The notes below the pieces were generated by a model, which made no database searches, was not told where the DNA came from, and saw only the letters and a list, made by a program, of their open reading frames with translations. This document shows positions 23,208-32,309 of a stretch of DNA of 64,000 bases, piece after piece. Source of the stretch: Chloropicon primus (Eukaryota). The position numbers and the translations under genes were made by a program. The stretch lies in assembly GCA_023205875.1 (NCBI GenBank), contig CP060754.1, positions 124,001 through 188,000 on the forward strand. The letters run 5' to 3'. Every line of letters begins with the position of its first letter. The first letter of the stretch is position 1.

Positions 23208-26144
23208 ATGGAGACGACGGGGAAGGGGGGAGGGGGGGTGGAAATGGGGGGGGACGGGGTGAAGAGCGCGGAACACTTGTTCGAGCAACGACCCGTGGAG
23301 GAGATTAGGGGGGTGGAAAAGAGGGCGAGGGAGCAGGTGGACTTAAAGAGGGAGGAGTTGAGGCAGGTGGTGGGAGCGAGTTACAGAGAGTTCATAGACT
23401 CGGCGGACGGAATCAAGGCGTGCTCGACCGCGGCGACGACCGCGGCGAGGGACGTGGAGGAGATCAGGAACAAGATCTTCGAGCTTGGCGACAGGCTCGA
23501 GGCGAAGCTGAGCCGTGCAGAGGGAAAGGACGACTCGAGGGAGAAGGGGGGGGAGAGCGAAGGCGCGCTGCCCCTGGGAACGCGCCTGTTTGCTCTGGGC
23601 TCGCGTGCGAAGGTTCTGCTGGACACCTCCGAGTCCATCTGGGCGGTCCTGGAGGCCGAGAAAAACAGCCAGCAGCAGCAGCAGCAGACCGAGACTTCGA
23701 GACACGGAAGCGACACCGAGCAGTCGCGCGTTCTGTCTCACGGGGCACGCCTGGCAGCCCGCGCCTTCGTACTGTGGCAGACCCAGGGCAAGGAAGTCTC
23801 GAGGAAGTTTCCCCTACTGGCCAAACAAAAAGTTCAGCTCGTGGACCTGTGCAAAAAGCTTCGGAAGGCGTGCCTGAGCCGCCTGGAGAGCGCCCGCACC
23901 GACAGGGCCCTCGCCGTGGATGCACTCGCCGCGCTTGTGTTGCTCGATGTGGTCCAAGCTGCCCAGAAGACCGCTTCCAGCGCGGGTTCGGGCTTGCAAG
24001 ACATGGCCAGCATAAAGAGCGGGCTGTCTTTATGCTCCCTGTGGCTCAAGCAGAGACTCTCTGCGATTCCAAAGGCAACAAAGTCGTGGGAGAGCCTTTC
24101 CAGCGTCGGGGAAATCGTCAAGGACGTTCTGTGCGAAGTCGAATCCTTGTTCGTTGCGTCGAAACAGTACTCGAAAGCGAACCTTGCTTCGATGTGCCTT
24201 CCAGACGTGGAGGGGGACATATGGTACGAAGCTCTACCAAGGCACGAGGAGGAACTCAAGTTGTGGAGGCAGTACTTGGACGGATTTGTCCACACCACCT
24301 CGCCCATATCTCTGAAGATGGTCTCGGAGCTGTGCTCCAAGTGGGTCAAGTCAGCTCAGAAGGAGAGCGAGGCTATCACGAAGGACCACATTGGTTCTCT
24401 GTCCGAGCTTCCTGTCCTCATGGAGGCGGAGAAGAGAATCCACGGAGTTTTGGACGCCACCCAAAAAAACGACCTGTCTCTTGACGCGTCAAAGGACTTC
24501 GAGGCCCACTGCCTGGCGATTCTGCGGCGGAAGGTGCACCTGTGGAATGAATTTTACGAAGCCTCTTTCGCCGAAAGAGCAAAGAGCATCATCAAAGAAA
24601 GCTTCTCGGAGATATTGCCGATGGTGAAGAACGAGGTGAAGAAGGTGGATCCCTCCATGGACTTGGAGTTAGAATATAGAAACAAGCTGTGCCGCATCCT
24701 CCACTCGATAAGGGTCATGGTGAGCAAGATATTTATTGAGATGATGCAATTCTTCCTCCTGCCAAGGGACACCTCCGTTCTGGAGAGCAGGGCGAGCTCC
24801 CTGCAGGGCTTTATGCAGGAGTGCTGCTTTGACCTCCTCAAGGACATTGGCGCCTATCTAGAGGAGGTCATGGACAAAATGTCCTCAGAAAGTGAAAACC
24901 TTTGCGAGTATGGAGTCTTCCTCAGCAACCTCTGCGACTGCTTGCAGACAGAGAATTCTCAGCTTTTCCGCTTCCTCTTTGGCAAGTCAAAAGAGTGGAT
25001 CAACGCTGGAACCTCGAACAAGAAGGACATATCTGCCATTGAGATGTACTCCCTTGACATTGAGGACATTCACAAGTCAAAGAGCGAGCTCTTGGAGCAC
25101 CTGAAGGAGAACTCCCTGTCCTCTGCTCAGTCGGCCTTGTCCTCCCTGGATTACCCCCTCAAGCTTGAGATGGACCAGAAGCTGCAATCCATTTCGAGGA
25201 ACGCGTTTGGTGCCTTCGTGGACCACGTCTGCAGCAGCGTGCAGAAGTCGGTGGAATCCCACCTTGAGAACGACGAGAATTTGCTGAGCTCAAAGAGGGA
25301 CGCAAACTGGGAGGAGATCGTGGTGCAGCACCAGGATGAAGACGGGAACAACGTGGACATGAAGTTCTGCTTGCCTCACATGCCCTCGCCCTTCATCGTG
25401 GACCACCTCTTCTCTGCCCTGGGCGAGCTGCACAAGGCAAGATACGTCAAGTCAAACCTTCCTAACTTCAAGGTCTTTGAGGAAGAACTCTCGCGGACGT
25501 TCATGAAAGCGTTCAGTGGTTTCCTGGACAAGAGGAGCAAATCGCTGGGTGAGCGGGGCGTGCTCCAGCTCCTTTTCGATGTCAGGTTCATCTTTGACGT
25601 GCTCGCCGGGGGGAACACCGGGCTATCAGGCTCCTTGGGGTCCCTTGGTTCTTTGGGCTTGACCTCGGCAAAACACTCGGCGCTGGAGCGAAGATTGAGT
25701 GGGCTGCTGGATCCAATAGATTGGGCCACCTACGAGCCTTACCTGTGGAAGAATGAAGTTCAATTTTACCACCGGTGCAGCCTGCTGTTCCAGGACTTCA
25801 TGTCAATTCACAAGGTGCACGGGGACAAGGAAGTGAAGACAAAGTCCTCGTCCAAGAGCAATATCATGGAGATGTCCTCCAACGTCCCGAGATTCAACTA
25901 CCTGCCCATTTCCACGCCCAGCGTGTTCAAGGCGGAGACGGCTGACGATCTTCTCGAAGCCGGCTTTGCTGATTCGAGCTCGAAACAGTCGAGCCAGGGG
26001 AAGATGGCGAACGGCGGTAGTGCATCCGACAAGGAGAAGTCCAACATGTTCGGAAGCATTCTTGGCGAGAAGGCCGCGGAGGCCACTGCCATGGCGCAGG
26101 ATCTGTTCTCGGGAGCTGGATTCTTCACTTCCCTCACGAAGTAA
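23208..26144 (+). CDS. COG1: Conserved oligomeric Golgi complex subunit 1
   Basis: Vps51 domain KREELRQVVGASYREFIDSAD; LQLLFDVRF; LDPIDWATYEPYLW. Confidence 0.88.
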   Translation: METTGKGGGGVEMGGDGVKSAEHLFEQRPVEEIRGVEKRAREQVDLKREELRQVVGASYREFIDSADGIKACSTAATTAARDVEEIRNKIFELGDRLEAKLSRAEGKDDSREKGGESEGALPLGTRLFALGSRAKVLLDTSESIWAVLEAEKNSQQQQQQTETSRHGSDTEQSRVLSHGARLAARAFVLWQTQGKEVSRKFPLLAKQKVQLVDLCKKLRKACLSRLESARTDRALAVDALAALVLLDVVQAAQKTASSAGSGLQDMASIKSGLSLCSLWLKQRLSAIPKATKSWESLSSVGEIVKDVLCEVESLFVASKQYSKANLASMCLPDVEGDIWYEALPRHEEELKLWRQYLDGFVHTTSPISLKMVSELCSKWVKSAQKESEAITKDHIGSLSELPVLMEAEKRIHGVLDATQKNDLSLDASKDFEAHCLAILRRKVHLWNEFYEASFAERAKSIIKESFSEILPMVKNEVKKVDPSMDLELEYRNKLCRILHSIRVMVSKIFIEMMQFFLLPRDTSVLESRASSLQGFMQECCFDLLKDIGAYLEEVMDKMSSESENLCEYGVFLSNLCDCLQTENSQLFRFLFGKSKEWINAGTSNKKDISAIEMYSLDIEDIHKSKSELLEHLKENSLSSAQSALSSLDYPLKLEMDQKLQSISRNAFGAFVDHVCSSVQKSVESHLENDENLLSSKRDANWEEIVVQHQDEDGNNVDMKFCLPHMPSPFIVDHLFSALGELHKARYVKSNLPNFKVFEEELSRTFMKAFSGFLDKRSKSLGERGVLQLLFDVRFIFDVLAGGNTGLSGSLGSLGSLGLTSAKHSALERRLSGLLDPIDWATYEPYLWKNEVQFYHRCSLLFQDFMSIHKVHGDKEVKTKSSSKSNIMEMSSNVPRFNYLPISTPSVFKAETADDLLEAGFADSSSKQSSQGKMANGGSASDKEKSNMFGSILGEKAAEATAMAQDLFSGAGFFTSLTK

Positions 26145-26264
26145 TAAAGTTAATTTACGAAAAAATTTTCTGAACTGTCCACTATTACTGTTATACAACA
26201 TACAACAACTGACCACACATACACGCACGCGCGCGCACACACACACACACCAACGCCCATTCCT

Positions 26265-26639
26265 TCATTCCCCCTGAGTTGTGGCAGTGCTCGTGGTGGC
26301 CGTTTCCTTCACTGACGACTTGTCCTTCTGAAGCGTGTGTCCTGCCTGAGCCGCCATGGCGGAGGCCATCTGAAACGCGCCCACCGCACCCACTGCGGCC
26401 AGGGCGACGGCCCCAAAGGCAGCCACACCCATACCACCTACGGCATTGAACGTCGAGAACTCCTCCATCTCCTCCAGGTTTTCTGGTTTCGCTCTGTGGT
26501 TCTCCTGGGTGTGTCTCGATCCCGTCTTCTCCGCGCCACTGCTGAGTAGACGCATCCCCCCTCTCCCCCACGACCCCTCCCCCACGACCCCTCCCCTCCC
26601 CACCCCCTTCACCACGCGTAGCACCACCCCCGACCTCAT
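26265..26639 (-). CDS. Small hypothetical protein with mitochondrial-type presequence and one hydrophobic segment
   Basis: Arg/Gly-rich N-terminus followed by GMGVAAFGAVALAAVGAVGAF. Confidence 0.5.
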   Translation of the reverse strand: MRSGVVLRVVKGVGRGGVVGEGSWGRGGMRLLSSGAEKTGSRHTQENHRAKPENLEEMEEFSTFNAVGGMGVAAFGAVALAAVGAVGAFQMASAMAAQAGHTLQKDKSSVKETATTSTATTQGE

Positions 26640-26833
26640 TCCCTTCGCTCTGGCTTCTCCTTTTGCGGGGAGCAAGATCTTGCCGGTTCAGGCCGGTCTG
26701 TTCATTCCATCGTAAGACGCGGGGGTTGGGGGACGGAGGGCCAGAGGGAGAGGGAGGCAAGGCCAAGGGGGGACGAGAGGGAGACCGGTCCCGCAGAGGA
26801 GGAGGCACAAGTTAGAAAAGGACCGAGAACAAG

Positions 26834-28474
26834 ATGCCGCCGAGGACTGCGACGGCGAATATCGCCATATTGATATGCTGCTGCCTGGGGAGCTTCATAC
26901 TGGTTTACATGTCCAAGTCTTTGTACTGGAAGCTGGATTCGTACTCGGATGTGCAGGACGTGCGGACCTTTCAGAAGGCGGACCTCTTGAAAGGAGCTTC
27001 GAGGCAAAAGTTGGGGAAGTTGCCCAAGCCGAGGCTCAAGGAAAATCGGGAGAAGATGAAGAAGAAGAAGACGAAGAAGAAGACGGCGAACCAAAAGGTT
27101 GAGGCCGCCAACATACAGGAGGAGGAGGTCTCCATCAATTGCTCGGAGTACGAGTGGAACCAGACGAATTTGCACAAGGGCATCCAGATCTTCACGGAGA
27201 AGCAGTGCGATTCTTACGAGCTCCTCACCAAGGGAAGGTCCCTCAAGCAGCAGAGAGGGATCGTTCGGGTCGATCGAAGGGTGGAGCTGACGGGCTGCCC
27301 AAGCGGGCAAAGTCTCGATTACGATCCCAGCCTGGACCACGTGACCGCCTATTGCGCCAACCAGACGGACGGTGTTCTGTATAACTTGGGCAGGAGCGGC
27401 CCTTACGCAGCCAGTATCTTGGGCACACACGCCAGCAACATCCTCGAGATGATGGACGGGACGCTGGTCCTGACTTCCTTCTACGGCGAGGAGGGGGGAC
27501 GCAACGTCAGCATAGTGTTCTCCAAGTTTGACCAGGAGGCGGGGAGGTGGAGTCCACCAAATGTCGTCAGCGGCGTCAAGGCCAGGTCGGCACAGAATCC
27601 TGTCCTCATTGCCGATCGAAGCGGCAAGCTTGTCCTCCTTCACACCTCTCAGCAAGCCGACAAGGGCCAGGGCACCTCCATGATCATCAAACTGGCTGCC
27701 AGGGCCCCCTTCGAGCGTTGGACCAAGCCCAAGCAGGTCAAGTTCCCTGGAAAAGAGGGGCCTTTCGTTAGGCACAAGATGGTCCTGAGCGAGAAAAAGA
27801 CGTGGCTGCTCCCCGTGTATTACACGCCGAAGGGTTACAGGGACATCGGGGAGCACTACACGGAGATGCTCGAGTCCAAAGACGCTGGGGAAACATGGAC
27901 AAGAAAGGGGGTGATGTCCGAAAAGGGGGAAAACTTAGCACAAGCCAGCGTCATCAGACTCAATGGGGGACAGCTTCTTGCATTCTTTAGATCAAGAAAA
28001 GAGAATTGGCTCTTCTCCAGCTTCTCTTACGACGATGGGGCGACTTGGACGAAAGCCATCCAGACTCAGCTTCCGAATAACAACTGCGGAGTCGCGGCAA
28101 CGCTGCTGGAATCCGGAGCGATCGCCCTCGTTTTCAACAACCAGAGAGATGACAGGTTTAGGTGGCCTCTGACCATCGCCCTTTCTTACGACGACGGCTT
28201 CACCTGGCCTTACCTGAGGGACATTGAGGACGATGACGAGACTCAGAAGCTGACGACCTGCCCGAGGTGCGTCTTTGGCAAGAAAGCGGAGTACAGCTAT
28301 CCTTCCATACTCCAGTCAAAGGATGGATACATTCACATCACTTACACGTATAAACGGTCCTTCATCAAGCACGTCAAGATCGGGGAGGAGTGGTGCAGGG
28401 AGGGCTCGACTTCGGGGGCTTTCCAAGGACACGAGCTCGGCCAGATGCCGAGTCTTCTGTTCCTTCTCCCTTAG
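26834..28474 (+). CDS. BNR/Asp-box repeat sialidase-like protein, type II membrane anchor
   Basis: Asp boxes SKDAGETW, SYDDGATW, SYDDGFTW; EYSYP; N-terminal TM segment. Confidence 0.8.
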   Translation: MPPRTATANIAILICCCLGSFILVYMSKSLYWKLDSYSDVQDVRTFQKADLLKGASRQKLGKLPKPRLKENREKMKKKKTKKKTANQKVEAANIQEEEVSINCSEYEWNQTNLHKGIQIFTEKQCDSYELLTKGRSLKQQRGIVRVDRRVELTGCPSGQSLDYDPSLDHVTAYCANQTDGVLYNLGRSGPYAASILGTHASNILEMMDGTLVLTSFYGEEGGRNVSIVFSKFDQEAGRWSPPNVVSGVKARSAQNPVLIADRSGKLVLLHTSQQADKGQGTSMIIKLAARAPFERWTKPKQVKFPGKEGPFVRHKMVLSEKKTWLLPVYYTPKGYRDIGEHYTEMLESKDAGETWTRKGVMSEKGENLAQASVIRLNGGQLLAFFRSRKENWLFSSFSYDDGATWTKAIQTQLPNNNCGVAATLLESGAIALVFNNQRDDRFRWPLTIALSYDDGFTWPYLRDIEDDDETQKLTTCPRCVFGKKAEYSYPSILQSKDGYIHITYTYKRSFIKHVKIGEEWCREGSTSGAFQGHELGQMPSLLFLLP

Positions 28475-28521
28475 GATATCGGGCACGATGTAAACAGTTT
28501 TTTATACAGCAAGATTCGCTT

Positions 28522-29883
28522 TTAGGGAAGGAGACAATCTCTTTCTTCTTCCTCCTCGAACAGCGTTTTGCCGGGCCTGTGAATAAGCGCCGACCCCAAG
28601 CAGACGTCCCCGTCGTACAAAACCAGAGCCTGTTCAGGCGTCACGGCTGCGTGTGGTTCGTCGAACTTCACATAGTGCAGAGGCCCTATCACGTCCGTCT
28701 CCTGGGAGCCAGAATGGTAGAACTTGGTGGGCTCGTCTTCCACCGGAGTTTTGGGGGAATAGAGGGTGCACTTTCCATCTTGCTCCAGGTATCTTGCTTT
28801 GAACTCGCACCTCAGCCTGCCCGTTCTGGCGTAGGCACCAGGTGGACTGAAACCAATCCAGTGGAGCTCCTTCAGAAATGCGCCGCGAGAAAACTGAGAG
28901 GGATGGTCCCTGTTCTCGGCGACATAAACGACTCCCTTGTCCACGTCTTTCCCCACGACATAGAAGGCCCCCCTGCCCCCAGACTCGATTCTCGAGCGCT
29001 GCCCGCGCGTGTACAGCTCCAAGCCCTCGTGCGTTCCCATACTCGAACCATCCACCGCCACAAACTCCCCCGGAGTAGGATAAATATATTGCTTAAGAAA
29101 GTTGGAGAACCTCCTTTTGCCAATGAAGCAGATCCCTGTGCTGCTCTTCTTGCCTGCGTTGGGCAGTCCGATCGAATCCGCGAGACCTCGGACTTGGTCT
29201 TTCGTCAAGGCCCCCACAGGAAACACCGTGCTCCCCAGCTGATCCTGGTTCAGTCTTGAAAGGAAGTACGTCTGGTCTTTTCTCTTGTCCAAGCCACGGA
29301 CTAGCCGCACTTGTTTCCGGCTCTCGCAGTAGCCCAGCCGCGCAAAGTGGCCTGTGGCAAGACCGGTGGCCCCCAACTCCTTTGCGCGTTTCATCAGAGC
29401 TCCGAACTTCATGAACTCGTTGCAGTACAGGTCTGGATTCGGCGTCTGCCCCGCGCCGAACCTTTCGATGTAGGGTTGGAACACGCTCTGCCAATACTCC
29501 GCCACGAGGTCTACCTCCACGAAAGGGATCGAGAGGTGAGCGCAAGCTTTCCTCGCAAAGGTTCTGTCCTCGGCCACAGTGCACCCGGACTCCCCTTCCT
29601 CGAGCTCATCCCAAGTCTTCATGTAGATCCCGAACACGTCGCAGCCCTGCTCCTTGAGGATGTACGCGGCAACGCTCGAGTCCACGCCCCCCGACATGGC
29701 CACCGCAATCCTCGGCTTCTCCGGGCCGTCGGCAGGTGCTGGAAGGTGGGACCAGGACGGCCGGACCAACGCTTCCCTCACCTTCTCGTCGCTGCTTGGC
29801 GAAAGCGTCGAGGCCCCCCTCCAGCAGGCTAGCAGCTTGCCGACCGGCGAGGTCGAGGCCCGGTGCCGGAAGCGCGGGATCAT
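28522..29883 (-). CDS. mnmA: tRNA-specific 2-thiouridylase MnmA/TRMU, organellar
   Basis: AMSGGVDSSV, TPNPDLYCN, ATGHFAR, KDQTYFL, GICFIG. Confidence 0.96.
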   Translation of the reverse strand: MIPRFRHRASTSPVGKLLACWRGASTLSPSSDEKVREALVRPSWSHLPAPADGPEKPRIAVAMSGGVDSSVAAYILKEQGCDVFGIYMKTWDELEEGESGCTVAEDRTFARKACAHLSIPFVEVDLVAEYWQSVFQPYIERFGAGQTPNPDLYCNEFMKFGALMKRAKELGATGLATGHFARLGYCESRKQVRLVRGLDKRKDQTYFLSRLNQDQLGSTVFPVGALTKDQVRGLADSIGLPNAGKKSSTGICFIGKRRFSNFLKQYIYPTPGEFVAVDGSSMGTHEGLELYTRGQRSRIESGGRGAFYVVGKDVDKGVVYVAENRDHPSQFSRGAFLKELHWIGFSPPGAYARTGRLRCEFKARYLEQDGKCTLYSPKTPVEDEPTKFYHSGSQETDVIGPLHYVKFDEPHAAVTPEQALVLYDGDVCLGSALIHRPGKTLFEEEEERDCLLP

Positions 29884-29927
29884 CCTCTCGACCCGTCCTG
29901 GACCGCGTGTATTTAAGCGCAAACCAA

Positions 29928-30233
29928 TCACTTGTCCTTCTCCTTCTCCTCCTTGAGGACCTTGGCCTCCCTGATGACGTAGTTGAGGCTGGCACCCAAG
30001 AGAACGGCGAGGGCGGCCATCACAGAGAAGTGGAACCTCAAGTCAATCTCCCCCGTGCCGTTGTCCTTGCCCTCGTCGTCGTCGTCGCCCCCCCCGCCTG
30101 CCGACAGGAAGGCCACCACCAGGCAAAGCGTCACGAGAAGCACCAGGCACCCGTTCAGAAACCAATACGTCGGCAAGTTCACCCCACTCGTGAACGCTCC
30201 TTTCACGATATCCTCCAACCACTTGACGAACAT
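29928..30233 (-). CDS. Pkr1-like ER membrane protein (V-ATPase assembly factor-like)
   Basis: Two TM segments; pattern 'AFTSGVN...HFSVMAALAVLLGASLNYVIRE' resembles Pkr1. Confidence 0.5.
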   Translation of the reverse strand: MFVKWLEDIVKGAFTSGVNLPTYWFLNGCLVLLVTLCLVVAFLSAGGGGDDDDEGKDNGTGEIDLRFHFSVMAALAVLLGASLNYVIREAKVLKEEKEKDK

Positions 30234-30457
30234 AAAGCCCCAACCACGTACGTCCGCAACAACCAACCACCACCAAGTTCTTCCCTCTCTCTCTCTACGC
30301 GACCGCGACGCGACGCTGACTGCCGCCCAGGACAAGAGGATGGATCTGGCCCCGGGCCAGCTCGTCCAGCTGGATCGATCGATCGACGAGGAGGGGGAGG
30401 AGTGTCGAGTGGTGTCAACAGATCGAGGCGAGGCGAGGCGCGCGAGAGGCGAGGAGG

Positions 30458-31924
30458 ATGGGGAGGGAGAGTGCAAGGTATGACTACGTGGTGGTGGGAG
30501 GTGGGGTGGCGGGGACGTGCTGCGCGAGGTTGTTGTGCTGCAAGGCGCCCAAGGCGTCGGTGTGCCTCGTGTCTCCCACGGAGAGCTTGAAGACCGTCAA
30601 AGTGGTGAAGCGCGTTACGGACAATCTCGACGAGCTCACTGTGATCGAGCAGCCCGTGGGGTCGTTCAACGACGCGAACCTGGAGTTCGCCAAGGACTAC
30701 GTCGAGAGCATCGACCCGGAGGAGAAGACCTTGGTGCTGGGCGGGGGCCGGAGGATCTCGTACGGGAAGCTCGCCGTGTGCACCGGTGCGAGCCCGAGGG
30801 TCCACCTGTCGGAGAGCCCCCGGCTGATCACGGTGAGGGACACGGACAGCGCCGAGTCCCTGAGGGAGGTGATATCCAGGTCGAACACGAGGCGGGTGGT
30901 GGTCGCGGGAAACGGCGCCATCGCCCTGGAGGTGATAAACAAGCTCAGCGGGGTCGAAGTGGTCTGGATCGTGAAGCATGACCACGTTGGAGACTCCCTT
31001 CTGGACGTGGACGTGGCCCTGCACTTGCTGGAGTCCTTCCAGAAGAGGAACAAGGGCACCTTGCGCGTGGACCAGAGCAGGGGGGGGGCGGAAGACCAGG
31101 GAGGGGGCGGGGGCGCGGCAGGAAAGATCAGGGAGGAGAGGTTCAGGACCCCGCCGGTGAAGCCCGACTTTGGCCACGCCCTCGGCCCCAAGTGGCACGA
31201 GGCCTTCCCCAAGTCCAAAGACGGCCGGGAGACGAGCTTGAGGGTGGTGTACAATAGGAAGCTCGTGGGTGTGGACGAGGGGACCGAGGGCGATTCCGAG
31301 GGGTGGCCAATCTCCGCCGTGCTTTCGGATGGGGAGAGAATTGGGGGCGACGTCATCATATCTTGCATCGGGGTCGTGCCAAACACGACGTGGCTTCCCA
31401 GAGATCGGTTTCAGATGGCGCCGGACGGCGGGCTCAGCGTGAGCGCCAGGCTGGAAACCAGCGTGAAGGACGTCTACGCCGCCGGGGACGTCTGCACCCT
31501 CGACGAGGAGAACCTCGGCCCCCAGTTCTTTCAGATCAGGCTGTGGTCCCAGGCCAGGATGATGGCCGAGTTCGCGGCTCACTGCATGACTGACTCGAAG
31601 GAAGCGGAGTTCTTGGACCTCGGCTTCGACCTCTTCACCCACGTGACCCACTTCTTCGGCTCCAAGGTGATTTTGCTCGGCCTGTACGACGGGCAGCGCC
31701 TGGCGGGGGAGCCGGAGAAGGACAAGGTCCTCTACACCCGAGAGACCGAGGACACCTTCGTCAGGGTGCTGCTCCTGAGGGGAAGGATGCAGGGCGCCGT
31801 GCTCGTGGGGGAGACCGACCTCGAAGAGGTCTTCGAGAATCTCATCCTCGGTGGAATAGACTTGTCCAGGTTCGGTCCCGAAATGCTCGACCCCGAGAAC
31901 GACATCGAGGACTTCTTTGATTAA
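30458..31924 (+). CDS. PYROXD1: Pyridine nucleotide-disulfide oxidoreductase domain-containing protein 1
   Basis: VVVGGGVAGTCCA, VRDTDS, GNGAIALE, ALGPKW, QIRLWSQAR, C-terminal DIEDFFD. Confidence 0.93.
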   Translation: MGRESARYDYVVVGGGVAGTCCARLLCCKAPKASVCLVSPTESLKTVKVVKRVTDNLDELTVIEQPVGSFNDANLEFAKDYVESIDPEEKTLVLGGGRRISYGKLAVCTGASPRVHLSESPRLITVRDTDSAESLREVISRSNTRRVVVAGNGAIALEVINKLSGVEVVWIVKHDHVGDSLLDVDVALHLLESFQKRNKGTLRVDQSRGGAEDQGGGGGAAGKIREERFRTPPVKPDFGHALGPKWHEAFPKSKDGRETSLRVVYNRKLVGVDEGTEGDSEGWPISAVLSDGERIGGDVIISCIGVVPNTTWLPRDRFQMAPDGGLSVSARLETSVKDVYAAGDVCTLDEENLGPQFFQIRLWSQARMMAEFAAHCMTDSKEAEFLDLGFDLFTHVTHFFGSKVILLGLYDGQRLAGEPEKDKVLYTRETEDTFVRVLLLRGRMQGAVLVGETDLEEVFENLILGGIDLSRFGPEMLDPENDIEDFFD

Positions 31925-32139
31925 GTTAAAGTAATAATAAACTAAGGGCCCCACGACCACCATCCATTCGTTCGTTGCGTGTTTGTCCAAAACCCAGCCC
32001 CTTATGGTGTTCAGACATCAGATCAAAAACAGCACACAGAAAAGTCACGAAAGGACGGTAGGGAAATCACAGTCAATACTGGAAGCACAGAGGCAAGTTC
32101 TCCTTTCCACTGAAAGAGAGAAACACGGAGAGAAACGAA

Positions 32140-32309
32140 GACCGGCCACAACTTACCTGTTAGTTTTCTGCAAAGGTCGTTTCACCGAGTTTGTAAGTTT
32201 CTCGGCAGGGTAATTCAGCCCTACCACGACCATTCCACCGTACATGAACGAACACTTCCGCCCACGCACGGCAGCCCGTACTAACAAACGTATGTGCAAC
32301 CCTGAGGAG
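32140..32309 (-). ncRNA. Candidate Fanzor omegaRNA scaffold
   Basis: Directly 3' of the Fanzor stop; nested stems whose G-U pairs work only on the minus strand; 7-bp loop/3' complementarity. Confidence 0.6.
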
